Shown here: piece after piece, positions 1 to 10,315 of the stretch | Layout of the letters: each line of letters begins with the position of its first letter | How positions within the stretch are numbered: position 1 is the stretch's first letter | Assembly: GCA_963778115.1 (NCBI GenBank) | Contig: CAVZSV010000004.1 | Span: 864,001 to 928,000, forward strand | DNA: 64,000 nt | Direction: 5' to 3' | Source of the DNA: an uncultured delta proteobacterium | GTDB lineage: Bacteria; Bdellovibrionota; FAC87; UBA2466 | Translations under genes and position numbers: made by a program | Notes under the pieces: model-generated | Seen by the model: only the letters and a program-made list of their open reading frames with translations | The model's database searches: none | What the model was told of the DNA's origin: nothing

Positions 1-507
1 GACAGGATATTGGAACGCAATGGGTTTAGCGGCCAGCTTATCAATGATGGACTGAACGCTCTTGTCGAAATTAGCCCCCACTCGATCCATCTTATTAAGG
101 AAGCACAGACGAGGAACACCATAACGATTCGCTTGGCGCCACACCGTTTCCGACTGGGGTTGAACACCGGCAACGGCGTCAAAAACGACAACCGCACCGT
201 CCAGCACGCGAAGGCTTCGTTCTACTTCAATGGTGAAGTCCACGTGGCCAGGAGTATCAATGATGTTAAAGCGGCAGTCTTTCCAGAAGCAAGTCGTAGC
301 AGCCGAGGTGATCGTGATACCGCGTTCGCGCTCTTGCGGCATGTAATCCATGACGGTATCTCCGTCATGAACTTCACCAATTTTATGAGTCACGCCAGTA
401 TAATAAAGGATACGCTCGGTACAGGTGGTTTTACCCGCATCGATATGGGCGACGATGCCCATGTTCCGCAATTTTCGAAGATCTGTAATTTCTCGTTGCT
501 CAGCCAT
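1..507 (-). CDS. fusA: Elongation factor G, N-terminal part (runs off window)
   Basis: Manual translation from ATG 507: [38 protein letters not shown]; directly follows rpsL-rpsG. Confidence 0.97.
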   Translation of the reverse strand, partial: MAEQREITDLRKLRNMGIVAHIDAGKTTCTERILYYTGVTHKIGEVHDGDTVMDYMPQERERGITITSAATTCFWKDCRFNIIDTPGHVDFTIEVERSLRVLDGAVVVFDAVAGVQPQSETVWRQANRYGVPRLCFLNKMDRVGANFDKSVQSIIDKLAAKPIAFQYPV

Positions 508-513
508 GTTGTC

Positions 514-984
514 CTACCAACGGTAATGGGCGAAAGCTTTATTCGCTTCCGCCATACGGTGTACGTCTTCTCGTTTTTTAACGGACTCACCGCGATTCTC
601 AGCCGCATCAAAGAGTTCGGCCGCGAGATTGTCCATCATCGATGCGCCTTTGCGGGCTTTCGCATAAACGGTGATCCATCGAAGGGCTAGCGAATTGCGA
701 CGCTCGGGACGCACCTCTACGGGCACCTGGTACGTGGAGCCGCCTACCCGACGAGACTTGACCTCAACCGCCGGACGAACATTAGAAAGGGCCTTCTTAA
801 AAACTTTTAACGGATCATCCTTGGTCTTCTGATGAATGACTTCAAGAGCTCCGTACACGATCTTTTCGGAAGTACTTTTCTTACCCCCGAACATCAACGT
901 GTGAATAAACTTGGTAACCAGCTTCTCACTATATTTGGAATCCGGCACAATATCGCGAACCGGCGTATGACCTCTTCTAGGCAT
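514..984 (-). CDS. rpsG: 30S ribosomal protein S7
   Basis: MPRRG...[15 protein letters not shown]...[13 protein letters not shown]. Confidence 0.99.
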   Translation of the reverse strand: MPRRGHTPVRDIVPDSKYSEKLVTKFIHTLMFGGKKSTSEKIVYGALEVIHQKTKDDPLKVFKKALSNVRPAVEVKSRRVGGSTYQVPVEVRPERRNSLALRWITVYAKARKGASMMDNLAAELFDAAENRGESVKKREDVHRMAEANKAFAHYRW

Positions 985-1356
985 TTACTTACTCACTTTC
1001 GCGCCGTACTTGGAGCGGCTTTGTTTACGCTTTTCGACACCGGTGGTGTCCAGCGTTCCTCTAACAATGTGGTAACGAACCCCCGGAAGGTCCTTCACGC
1101 GACCTCCTCGTATTAGCACCACGGAATGTTCCTGAAGGTTGTGTCCCTCGCCGGGAATATAGGAGGTGACTTCGTAACCATTGGTCAAACGTACCCTGGC
1201 TACCTTACGGAGCGCGGAATTCGGTTTCTTGGGAGTTGTCGTATAGACACGGACGCACACCCCACGGCGTTGAGGACACTCGGTCAAGGCAGGGGCTTTG
1301 TTCTTACCCCGGACTCTGGCCCGGCCGTCCCGAATAAGCTGATTTATCGTCGGCAT
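985..1356 (-). CDS. rpsL: 30S ribosomal protein S12
   Basis: MPTINQL...[11 protein letters not shown]...[12 protein letters not shown]. Confidence 0.99.
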   Translation of the reverse strand: MPTINQLIRDGRARVRGKNKAPALTECPQRRGVCVRVYTTTPKKPNSALRKVARVRLTNGYEVTSYIPGEGHNLQEHSVVLIRGGRVKDLPGVRYHIVRGTLDTTGVEKRKQSRSKYGAKVSK

Positions 1357-1813
1357 GTCTCACCTACTGGTAACTCGGGTGTTAGTTCAAAAGGAGTCTC
1401 AAAAGACGTCTCGAATTCCGTGTCAAAAACCATTTCCAAACCTCTAAAAAAGGACCTCAACGCTTATAAACTAAGCAGCTATAACTATAGGCGTTTTCAA
1501 TGTCAATCGCCCATTCTGCCCATTTCCACAAATCTTGCACATTTTCCGCGTCCGAATTGGGACCGACGACGTGGGGTCTTCCAGGAAGTCAGTTGCCACC
1601 GCTGCAGTGAACTATCCATCGCCACTGAAAAACGTCATTCCCCGGTTACGGGAGCAACTGAACCGGCAGCGAAGGGTTGCGCAAAGACCCTACTTTTTCC
1701 TCTCAAAAGTTCCATTTGTCCAGTCGAATTCACCACAAATCGTCAGAAGTTCCGGCGGCAAGACGGCTTAGGTTGAAAAGAGAGGGTATCGTGGGTACAA
1801 CTTGAGACAAATC

Positions 1814-3229
1814 ATGAACGACAAATCCATTAGTTTCGATGCAGTCAGGGTACGGTTCGCACCTTCTCCTACCGGTTTTCTCCATATCGGAGGGGCGCGC
1901 ACCGCGTTATTTAATTGGCTTTACGCCCGTTCCCAGAAGGGAAAATTTTTGCTCCGTATCGAAGATACGGACCCAGAGCGCTCGGAGGCCCGCTATACGG
2001 AAGATATCTTAGAGTCGCTCCGCTGGTTGGGGTTCGATTACGACGAACCACCGGTCTACCAATCGAACCGGTTTGAGCACTACCGAACGGTCGCCCAGGA
2101 GCTTATTAACAAAGGGCTCGCCTACCCCTGTGATTGCACGACCGCCGAGCTCGATGCGGTCCGAGAGAAGTGCCAAAAAGAGAAGCGCCCCTTCCGATAC
2201 CCGGGAACCTGTCGAAGTAAGAAAGAGGTGAAAACCCCTCATGTGGTTAGAGCTCGCGTTACTTCCGAGGGCGAAACCAAATTCACCGATCTGATCCGCG
2301 GAGAGATAGCTTTCCAAAATAAGGATATCGACGACTGGGTGATCTTGCGCGCGGACAAGAGTCCCACTTACAACTTTTGCGTCGTCATCGACGATCACGA
2401 TCAGAAAATCAGCCACATCTTGCGCGGCGACGATCACATTAATAATACGCCAAAGCAGATCTTACTTTATCAAGCGTTGGGTTATGCCGTTCCTAACTTC
2501 GCCCACTTGCCGATGATCTTAGGAACCGACCGAACCAAGTTAAGTAAACGCCATGGAGCCGCATCGACCCTCGAATATCGGAAGATGGGTTATCTCCCGG
2601 AAGCCATCATTAACTTTCTCGTCCGCTTGGGATGGAGCCATGGTGACCAAGAGTTTTTTGAGATAGACGAACTCCAAAGGGTCTTTTCCTTAGATCATAT
2701 CGGGAAAGCCAATGCCATTTTCAATCCGGAGAAGCTTAATTGGGTGAGCGGCCACTTTATGAGAGAGATTGCGGCAGCAAAGTTAAAAGACTATGCGAAG
2801 AAATATTTTGCCCCGGAGCTTGCCTTTACCGACGGCGTTTCTCCAGAACGACTGGAAAAAGGAATTGCTATCATCCAAGGAAAGGTGAAGGTCATTCCTG
2901 AAATGATAGAGCAGCTTCACTGCTTGTTCGGCCAAGATCCCGTCTACGATGCGGCGGCACTTAAGCCCGAAGACAAAACCAAATACCGCGAGCTTCTTAC
3001 CGCTCTTGAGCCTTTGATAGCGACGTCGACTTTCGAAAAGTCAGATTTGGAAAGTAAAGTAAGAGCCCTTGCCGAAAAGTTGGGGCAGAAGTTAGGGCCT
3101 TTGGCTCACGCGCTTCGCTATGCGGTTACCGGCGGCAAGATAAGTCCCGGCCTCTTTGAGATGTTAGAAATTCAAGGCAAAGAGACGGTCACTCGCCGAA
3201 TCGCTTTGGCATTGAAAGCGCTTCAATGA
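1814..3229 (+). CDS. gltX: Glutamate--tRNA ligase
   Basis: RFAPSPTGFLHIGG, RIEDTD and KLSKR motifs. Confidence 0.97.
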   Translation: MNDKSISFDAVRVRFAPSPTGFLHIGGARTALFNWLYARSQKGKFLLRIEDTDPERSEARYTEDILESLRWLGFDYDEPPVYQSNRFEHYRTVAQELINKGLAYPCDCTTAELDAVREKCQKEKRPFRYPGTCRSKKEVKTPHVVRARVTSEGETKFTDLIRGEIAFQNKDIDDWVILRADKSPTYNFCVVIDDHDQKISHILRGDDHINNTPKQILLYQALGYAVPNFAHLPMILGTDRTKLSKRHGAASTLEYRKMGYLPEAIINFLVRLGWSHGDQEFFEIDELQRVFSLDHIGKANAIFNPEKLNWVSGHFMREIAAAKLKDYAKKYFAPELAFTDGVSPERLEKGIAIIQGKVKVIPEMIEQLHCLFGQDPVYDAAALKPEDKTKYRELLTALEPLIATSTFEKSDLESKVRALAEKLGQKLGPLAHALRYAVTGGKISPGLFEMLEIQGKETVTRRIALALKALQ

Positions 3230-4659
3230 ACCAGACTAAGCCGCTAGTATTACGTGACGAGATCCATGGGGATCTCACTTTCGACGGCGTCATGAGAGCT
3301 GTCATCGACCATGAGTATTTTCAACGGCTCCGTCGCATCAAGCAGCTTGGACTTGCGGAGTACGTTTTCCCTTGTGCTAACCACACTCGATTTCAGCACT
3401 CTTTGGGGGCGGCATTCTTAGCAGGACAATATTTCGACAGCATGGTGACAAGTTGGCTTTCCAACCCCTTTCCTTTTGATGGGACTTCGGGAGGAACGCG
3501 CTTTCATGCTTCGCGAACTTTGGAATGCATTCGCAGTGTGATGGCGGATCCCAAGTCGGCCGAATACTGGAGGCGTATCGTAAGCCTTTCAGGCCTTCTT
3601 CACGATGTGGGCCATGGCCCATGGAGCCATACGTTTGAACATTTAGAGCTCAAACAAAAATTCGATCAGAGTTTAATCGGAATGCCGGCCACGATCGTTA
3701 CCCATTTCGACGAAATTAAGAAAAGTGGCAAACGGATCAAGCACGAAGAGCTTTCGCTCCTGTACGCTTACCGGATACTGCGATCCATAGGCGAACAAGG
3801 GGTAATTTCGGAATGGAAGTCTTACTTCTTGCCGATTGCGATGCTAATCAATCGCAAAATGAGTGCGGGCCCCCTACAAAAAGCCTTGGAGAACGAAGTC
3901 TCCGATCAGCTTAAGGGAAACGGCATTAAAGGGGGAATCGATTTTCACCGTTTGCTTCGTCCTCTTGTCTCGGGCCCTTTTGACGTCGATAGAATCGATT
4001 ATATTCAGCGCGACGGGCGTAATTGTGGTGTTCACATCGCAGGCATTGAATGGCGTCGAATCGTAAGCAAATTGATGCCCTGCTTGGCGGATCACGCGGC
4101 TTCTGGCGATGAGCCGAAAGAAGTGGTCCTGATTTCCAACATCAAAAACCAACACGTCATAGACGATTTTATTTTTACCCTTCTTCAAATGTACGCTCAG
4201 GTCTACCTTCATCCCAAGATCGTGGGTTTGGAAGAGGTGATTAAGTCGGTCATTCTGAAATATAACGATAGGCTTCAAGAATTTGAAATCACCTTAGACC
4301 AGCACGCCCTTTTGTCTGACGAGAAGTTCCGAGATGTTTTGGAATTCAAGTACCAGATGTCGGAAATTACGCGGCTCTTGAACCGCCATCCGGGAACCCG
4401 TTTTGAGGTAGCAAGATACCCCGCCGGCGACGACGTCGATACGGCCTTAGCCCAAGAAGGCTTTCACTCTATCCCTCATCTAGACAGACCCTTTCTCAAA
4501 GATAGCGTTGGCGTCTTCCTCTACAGCGAAATCAGTGAAAATAACTCTCCCCGATATTTTGTAAGACCCTGGTCGGAAATTTCACCCGTGGCTTCGCAAT
4601 TTGCTTCGTTTAACTATTCCCCCCACATTTGGATCCGAGTGCCGACCTCCCCGTCGTGA
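3226..4659 (+). CDS. HD-domain phosphohydrolase (dNTPase/SAMHD1-like family)
   Basis: FQRLRRIKQLG, HTRFQHSLG, LLHDVGHGPWSH, DVDRIDYIQRD; ATGA overlap with gltX. Confidence 0.9.
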   Translation: MNQTKPLVLRDEIHGDLTFDGVMRAVIDHEYFQRLRRIKQLGLAEYVFPCANHTRFQHSLGAAFLAGQYFDSMVTSWLSNPFPFDGTSGGTRFHASRTLECIRSVMADPKSAEYWRRIVSLSGLLHDVGHGPWSHTFEHLELKQKFDQSLIGMPATIVTHFDEIKKSGKRIKHEELSLLYAYRILRSIGEQGVISEWKSYFLPIAMLINRKMSAGPLQKALENEVSDQLKGNGIKGGIDFHRLLRPLVSGPFDVDRIDYIQRDGRNCGVHIAGIEWRRIVSKLMPCLADHAASGDEPKEVVLISNIKNQHVIDDFIFTLLQMYAQVYLHPKIVGLEEVIKSVILKYNDRLQEFEITLDQHALLSDEKFRDVLEFKYQMSEITRLLNRHPGTRFEVARYPAGDDVDTALAQEGFHSIPHLDRPFLKDSVGVFLYSEISENNSPRYFVRPWSEISPVASQFASFNYSPHIWIRVPTSPS

Positions 4660-4672
4660 TAATATAGGAGCC

Positions 4673-5293
4673 ATGAGCACCTTTAGCCTTTGGCTATCTA
4701 CCTTCGGCGTTATCTTTGCCATCATCGACCCCTTTGGCTATGTCCCTCTTTTTATTTCGATGACCTCGGGTGATAGCAGCGAAAAACGCAACTGGGCCTT
4801 GCGAAGGGCTTGCTTAACGGCAGGAACCGTTCTGATTCTATTTACCCTTTTAGGAAGCTTCGTCTTATCGTTTTTTGGAATCAGTATCCCAGCCCTTCAA
4901 ATCTCGGGTGGACTTATTCTTTTAGTCATTGGATTTGATATGGTGAGAGTACTTCCCATCAACGCTAAGATCTCAGCTGCCGAAGAGAGTGAAGCCACCC
5001 GCAAAGAAGATATCTCCATCGTTCCCCTTGCGATTCCGATGTTAAGCGGGCCGGCCTCGATGGCAACCGTTGTGGTTCTAGGCTCCAACGCTCAGAGCAC
5101 GACCGATTATCTGGTAGTGATCTCCTCGGTCGTCATTACGTTGGCCGTCACCTATCTCATTTTACGATCGGCTAATCGGATCTTAAAAGCCGTGGGGCTT
5201 ACTGGGCTTCATGTCGTAACCAGAATTATGGGGCTTCTCTTATGCGCTATCGCCGTACAGCTTATGATCAATGGATATCAGGCGATCAAGTAA
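4673..5293 (+). CDS. MarC family membrane protein
   Basis: IIDPFG, ISIVPLAIPMLSGP and RIMGLLL motifs; AGGAG RBS before ATG 4673. Confidence 0.9.
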   Translation: MSTFSLWLSTFGVIFAIIDPFGYVPLFISMTSGDSSEKRNWALRRACLTAGTVLILFTLLGSFVLSFFGISIPALQISGGLILLVIGFDMVRVLPINAKISAAEESEATRKEDISIVPLAIPMLSGPASMATVVVLGSNAQSTTDYLVVISSVVITLAVTYLILRSANRILKAVGLTGLHVVTRIMGLLLCAIAVQLMINGYQAIK

Positions 5294-6269
5294 GATCGAA
5301 CCAATAACTAATCGAACCATGTACGATGCTCTCCAGAGTCTTTCTAGAAATCGAGTCCCTAAGTTCTTTGTCGGGGAGTCCGCGCAAAACGGCTAAGGCT
5401 TCTTCCAGCAATTGAGTTCTCGTCTCTACAGAGATCCCTTTAAACTGCTCCGGCAAATAACCCCGCACTTCGCGAACCGTCGCCGGAAAAGCCAAATTTA
5501 ATCCGCCAAAGAGGTCCACTGAGTGCAAAATAGCGTGAACATAGGCACGTGCCGCGTTTCGGATGTCATTTCGATTAAGAGCATAGGCCGCCGTTTTGAG
5601 CCACGGACGGAGAACGATTACTTGGTTAAGAATTTGTCCTTTTTCCAAGCGCTCGGCTTCGTTGATGGTCTTCATGATCTGTCCCCACCCGTCGTCAGGA
5701 TCGGGATCGTAGAGCCAGAAGGCCAGTTGTTCAATCTTAGGGCCAATCTTTTTTTCAAAAGGGCTACTGAAGCGACCGAAGAGGACTCCGCTCATCACCA
5801 TGACAAAGCTGCTAAAAGAGATACGCAGTCCATCGGGAACTCCCGCGGTCGCATAATAGCTAAGCACCCCGGAACCCAAGATCGATCCGCCCCAGATGAG
5901 AAAGGTCAAAGCACGTCTGGGAAGTCTTAGAAACTTTCTTAGTTTGGATTGGGAAGGGCCGCCCTTTTTTTGGATGGCTACTTTAGTGGCCTCGTATAGC
6001 GCTTCGTCGGTACATTCCGAGACGTGAGAACAGGACTTTTGGATCTCGGCTAATACTTGCGAAGCGTCCTGAGTTACCTGAGCTGGCACTTCGTCGTGAG
6101 GCATATTCGCAAGAATAGGCCCCTCACAAGATAGCTCAGTATCCTCGGAATTATCCCTGGCCCACAAAGGAGTCGGAACGAGAACCGTGAGGCACAATGC
6201 GAAGACGAGAACCCCCCTAAGCCGGTTCCACAGACACACGTGCCCCGTTTTACGATTGATAAAAGACAT
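5286..6269 (-). CDS. Hypothetical exported/membrane protein
   Basis: Long ORF with signal-like segment and two internal hydrophobic helices; start uncertain. Confidence 0.65.
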   Translation of the reverse strand: MSFINRKTGHVCLWNRLRGVLVFALCLTVLVPTPLWARDNSEDTELSCEGPILANMPHDEVPAQVTQDASQVLAEIQKSCSHVSECTDEALYEATKVAIQKKGGPSQSKLRKFLRLPRRALTFLIWGGSILGSGVLSYYATAGVPDGLRISFSSFVMVMSGVLFGRFSSPFEKKIGPKIEQLAFWLYDPDPDDGWGQIMKTINEAERLEKGQILNQVIVLRPWLKTAAYALNRNDIRNAARAYVHAILHSVDLFGGLNLAFPATVREVRGYLPEQFKGISVETRTQLLEEALAVLRGLPDKELRDSISRKTLESIVHGSISYWFDLT

Positions 6270-6410
6270 CGCCCCCCCAAACCCAAGAAGAAGCCCTGAC
6301 TTATTTAATTGTCTCTTTGGGTTTACCAAGGGGTTTCTTACCGTTCAATCAAAATGATATTAAGAAATGGTGGCCGTTCGTTAGGGTTGTCTTTACAATT
6401 CAAATTACCT

Positions 6411-7413
6411 ATGTCGCTTCACGACGAATTTGAAATCATTGATTCTTATTAGCAAGACCGTAGGAAGGCCTTCTAAGAAGGTGTTCCTAGGAATCGGGGA
6501 TGATGCCGCCGTTTTAGAATCGCCTAAAGGCCGATTGGTGGCCACCGTCGACACCATGGTGGAGGGGGTCCACTTTGATCTGGGCTACACGACCGCCTTT
6601 GAACTGGGACACAAAGTCCTTGCGGTAAATTTAAGTGACCTAGCCGCCATGGCGGCAGAGCCCCAATACGCGCTTGTGTCGTTGGGTCTAAAGCAGGAGC
6701 TCAATGAAGCTTTTGTCGAGGAGCTCTATAAAGGAATGAGAGCCCTCGCCAAGCGTTTTCACGTTGATATCGTGGGTGGCAATTTGGTCCAATCGCCTAC
6801 AGCCGTCATCGTAGATGTCGTGGCCTTGGGATCGGCCACGAAGACCGTCACCCGCCGTGGCGCACAGGTAGGAGACTGTATCGCGGTCACCGGCCATTTG
6901 GGGGCATCAGCGGGAGGACTTACCTGCATACGTCGGATGGGCCGTCACGAGACCCAGCACCATCCTGAAGTTTTAAAGGCCCACTTGACTCCAGAGCCCA
7001 GAATTCGAGAAGCCAAAATACTTTTGGCGTCGGGAGCTACCTCGATGATCGATATTAGTGACGGACTTGCGCGCGAAGTCCATCACTTGGCCCATCAGTC
7101 GAAGGTAGGAATGCAGATAGCACTCGATTTGGTTCCTATCTCCAAAGCGACCCGGGCCGCCGCCCTTTGGATCCAAAGCGATCCCATTCCCTGGGCTCTG
7201 TACGGAGGCGAGGATTACGAACTTCTGGTCACTCTTCCCCCTAAGAACGTTGAAAAGGCAAAAAAGGCCCTCAACAAGATCAAAGGCTCGCTTACGGTGA
7301 TAGGCCAAGTGAGTAAGCCCTCCGAAGGAATCCGCCTCAAAAATCTAGAGGGAAAATGGTCTCGGCTCGAAGCTAGGGGATGGAACCATTTCGTGCGCCG
7401 AAGAAAAACCTAA
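6411..7413 (+). CDS. thiL: Thiamine-monophosphate kinase with an apparent 1-nt insertion near 6444
   Basis: GIGDDAA, VNLSDLAAM, IDISDGL and GGEDYEL motifs; N-terminal MSLHDEFEIID lies in another frame from ATG 6411. Confidence 0.9.
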
Positions 7414-7468
7414 CTACCTACTTTCCACTTTCCTTGACCACAAGGCTCTTAAATTAGACACTGGCCCA

Positions 7469-8029
7469 ATGAAAAAAATCCTAATCCTGGCTTTGGTCAT
7501 ACTCCTGTCGGCACCCTCTCTTTGTTTTGCCGAAAAGGAGAAAGAAAAGGAAAAGCAAAAAAAACATAGGATTGCGGCTCGAAACTTGGATGCTTCTCCT
7601 TACGTCTATGACCCGTTTAATATCCCCGGGAAATGGATCCTTAGCACCGGTTTAGGGTTAACCATTAGCCCGACCCTTTTCTTGTTGAATCCTCAGTTTG
7701 AATACGTCATCGCCAAAAACTTAACGATTGGCCCGATGCTTCAGGTCGGCATGGGGGATGCGACCCTTTTTGCCGTCACCGGCACGGTCCGCTATACCTT
7801 CAACCAGAACGCCAAGATTAAACCCAGTCTCGAAGGGGGACTGGGAATGGCCATCGGCTCTTCGAGCTACGCCTCTTCCGTGGGAGTTAACATTAGTATG
7901 GGAATGGGCTGTGACTACGTGGTCGACCGCTATATTCGATTCGGAACGATGATCCGAGGCAACTTTGCCCCTCCCTTAAAGACCTTTTATCTAAGCTGGC
8001 CTATCGTCATGGCCCGGTTTGTTTTGTAG
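7469..8029 (+). CDS. Exported protein, probable small outer-membrane beta-barrel
   Basis: Signal peptide; alternating amphipathic beta strands; ends ARFVL. Confidence 0.6.
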   Translation: MKKILILALVILLSAPSLCFAEKEKEKEKQKKHRIAARNLDASPYVYDPFNIPGKWILSTGLGLTISPTLFLLNPQFEYVIAKNLTIGPMLQVGMGDATLFAVTGTVRYTFNQNAKIKPSLEGGLGMAIGSSSYASSVGVNISMGMGCDYVVDRYIRFGTMIRGNFAPPLKTFYLSWPIVMARFVL

Positions 8030-8065
8030 TGGTTTCCCAGGAACTTTACGCATAAGCTTCCCCGC

Positions 8066-9388
8066 GTGAATGACAAAGAAAAGATAGCGTCTCAAATCGT
8101 TACGACCCTTCAGGCAAAGGGTTATCAGGCCCATTTCGCGGGCGGCTGTGTCAGGGACCGCATCCGTGGGGTCGAACCCAAGGATTTTGATATCGCGACT
8201 TCGGCGTTGCCCGAACAGGTGCAAAAGATCTTCCCCAAGACTATCCCGGTGGGCGTCCAGTTTGGAGTGATCCTCGTCCTCGAACAGGAGACCACTTTCG
8301 AAGTGGCTACCTTTCGAACCGAAAGCAGCTATGCCGACGGAAGGCGCCCCGAAAAAGTGGCCTTTGCCACCTTAGAAGAAGACGCGAAACGACGCGATTT
8401 CACGGTGAACGGCCTTTATTACGACCTCAACACCAGGAAAGTGATCGATCTGGTCAATGGAGAGGCCGACATCAAGCGAAAGATTATCCGAACGATCGGC
8501 AATCCTGATGAACGGTTTTTGGAAGACCATTTAAGAATGTTTCGGGCCATTCGCTTTGCGGTCCAACTGGGATACGAAATAGAGCCTGCGACCTTTGCTT
8601 CGATTAAAAAGCACGCCCCTCTCATTTCAAAAGTGAGCCAGGAGAGGATTCGCGACGAGTTGAGTAAGACGGTATCCTCGCCCACTCCCGCGCGCGGGAT
8701 TCGGCTGCTCGACGAAGCGGGACTCCTTACGCATTTCCTACCCGAGATGGACGTGATGAAAGGGGTGGAACAGCCGATGGAGTACCATCCTGAGGGGGAT
8801 GTTTTCATCCATACTTTGATGCTCTTGGATAATCTGACAAATCCGTCGGTGGAACTTGCTATGGGAGCTTTGCTCCATGACGTCGCAAAACCCGCGACCT
8901 TTGTGAGAGCTCCGGACCGGATTCGCTTTCACGGCCACGATAAACTTGGATCTGAGATGTCGCGTGTGATTCTTAAGCGGCTCACCTTCTCCAATCAGCA
9001 GACCGATCTAATCTGTGAACTCGTCGCGGAACATCTAAAGTTTAAAGACGTATTTCAGATGAAGGTGAGTACGCTGAAGCGATTTCTCTCACTCAATAGA
9101 TTTGATCTGCACCTGGAACTTCATCGTGTCGATTGTTTGGCAAGTCATGGAAATCTGGATGCCTACCATTTTTCTAAAGCCAAGTATGAAGAGTTCCTAA
9201 AGGCCCCGCCACCGCCCAGTCGGCTCGTGACCGGTAGTGACCTCATCCAATTGGGGCTCTCCCCGGGACCTCGATTTACTGAGATTATTCGCACGGTGGA
9301 AGACGCCATTTTGGAAGGAACGATAAAGACGAAAGAAGAGGCTTTAGATTTGGTAAGGGCCAATTTAAGTAAGAAAATCGCGCCATGA
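8066..9388 (+). CDS. cca: tRNA nucleotidyltransferase (CCA-adding enzyme family) with HD domain
   Basis: GGCVRD, DFDIAT, RRDFTVN, EDHLRMFRAIRF and LLHDVAK motifs. Confidence 0.9.
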   Translation: MNDKEKIASQIVTTLQAKGYQAHFAGGCVRDRIRGVEPKDFDIATSALPEQVQKIFPKTIPVGVQFGVILVLEQETTFEVATFRTESSYADGRRPEKVAFATLEEDAKRRDFTVNGLYYDLNTRKVIDLVNGEADIKRKIIRTIGNPDERFLEDHLRMFRAIRFAVQLGYEIEPATFASIKKHAPLISKVSQERIRDELSKTVSSPTPARGIRLLDEAGLLTHFLPEMDVMKGVEQPMEYHPEGDVFIHTLMLLDNLTNPSVELAMGALLHDVAKPATFVRAPDRIRFHGHDKLGSEMSRVILKRLTFSNQQTDLICELVAEHLKFKDVFQMKVSTLKRFLSLNRFDLHLELHRVDCLASHGNLDAYHFSKAKYEEFLKAPPPPSRLVTGSDLIQLGLSPGPRFTEIIRTVEDAILEGTIKTKEEALDLVRANLSKKIAP

Positions 9389-10311
9389 AAACCGACAAAG
9401 AGATTATCGAAGCCTTTCGAGCCAAAGAAATTCGAGCCCTGAGTCGCCTTATCTCCATAGCGGAAGACCAAGACGACACGCTCTACCCCGTACTTAGCGA
9501 ACTTTATGCAAGCACCGGAAAATCCCGAGTGCTGGGAATTACCGGGCCTCCGGGGGCCGGAAAAAGTTCGCTCATTAATGAACTCGTCCGTTTCTATCGA
9601 GAAGCTTTCAAAACAGTCGCCGTTGTCGCCGTTGATCCCGTAAGCCCTTTCACCGGAGGCGCGTTACTAGGAGATCGCATCCGTCTGAACGACCATTTCA
9701 ACGACGACGGTGTTTTTATTCGAAGTCTCAGCACCCGGGGAAAACTTGGCGGGCTGTCGCTAGCGACCCGGGAGGTTACCCATCTAGCGGATGCTTTTGG
9801 CTTCGACCAGATTATTATTGAAACCGTTGGCGTGGGGCAGAGCGAAGTCGATATTAGAAACATCGCGGATGTGACCTTAGTGGTTTTAGTGCCTGAATGG
9901 GGTGACGCCATCCAAACGCTTAAGGCCGGAGTGCTCGAAATTGGCGACCTGTTCACGGTCAATAAATCTGACCGCGAAGGGGCTGAAAAACTAGTAAGCG
10001 AACTAAAGACCATGCTGGAGTTGGCCGGTCGTCCGCAAACGCCTTTGATGACTTGCAGTCAAAAAGAAGAATCCTCTTTGCGATCTCTTTTTTCGACAAT
10101 AAACACCTTTTTCGACAAGCAGACTAAGCTGCGAGCTTCCAGGCGCGCCGAAGGGGCAAAAATGGCGGCTAGCGAGCTGCTGCAAGCTTATGTTTCCAAA
10201 GAGGCCAACGCTTGGTCGGCGAAACAGACTGAGCTCGGGAAAAACCCTTATGACTTTCTGATGAAGTTTCGAAAGAAGCATCCTCCCGGCTCTTTACTTG
10301 CGGACCGTTAA
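9385..10311 (+). CDS. meaB: MeaB/ArgK-family GTPase
   Basis: GITGPPGAGKSS, VDPVSPFTGGALLGDRIR, ETVGVGQSE, NKSD. Confidence 0.92.
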   Translation: MKTDKEIIEAFRAKEIRALSRLISIAEDQDDTLYPVLSELYASTGKSRVLGITGPPGAGKSSLINELVRFYREAFKTVAVVAVDPVSPFTGGALLGDRIRLNDHFNDDGVFIRSLSTRGKLGGLSLATREVTHLADAFGFDQIIIETVGVGQSEVDIRNIADVTLVVLVPEWGDAIQTLKAGVLEIGDLFTVNKSDREGAEKLVSELKTMLELAGRPQTPLMTCSQKEESSLRSLFSTINTFFDKQTKLRASRRAEGAKMAASELLQAYVSKEANAWSAKQTELGKNPYDFLMKFRKKHPPGSLLADR

Positions 10312-10315
10312 TTAC

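Noticed and set aside
10..690. 226-aa plus-strand ORF
   Set aside because: Antisense shadow of fusA/rpsG.
1126..1776. 216-aa plus-strand ORF
   Set aside because: Overlaps rpsL antisense and the promoter region; no recognisable motifs.
9385..10311. meaB without an adjacent methylmalonyl-CoA mutase
   Set aside because: Unlinked meaB genes are common; the mutase is probably elsewhere in the genome.
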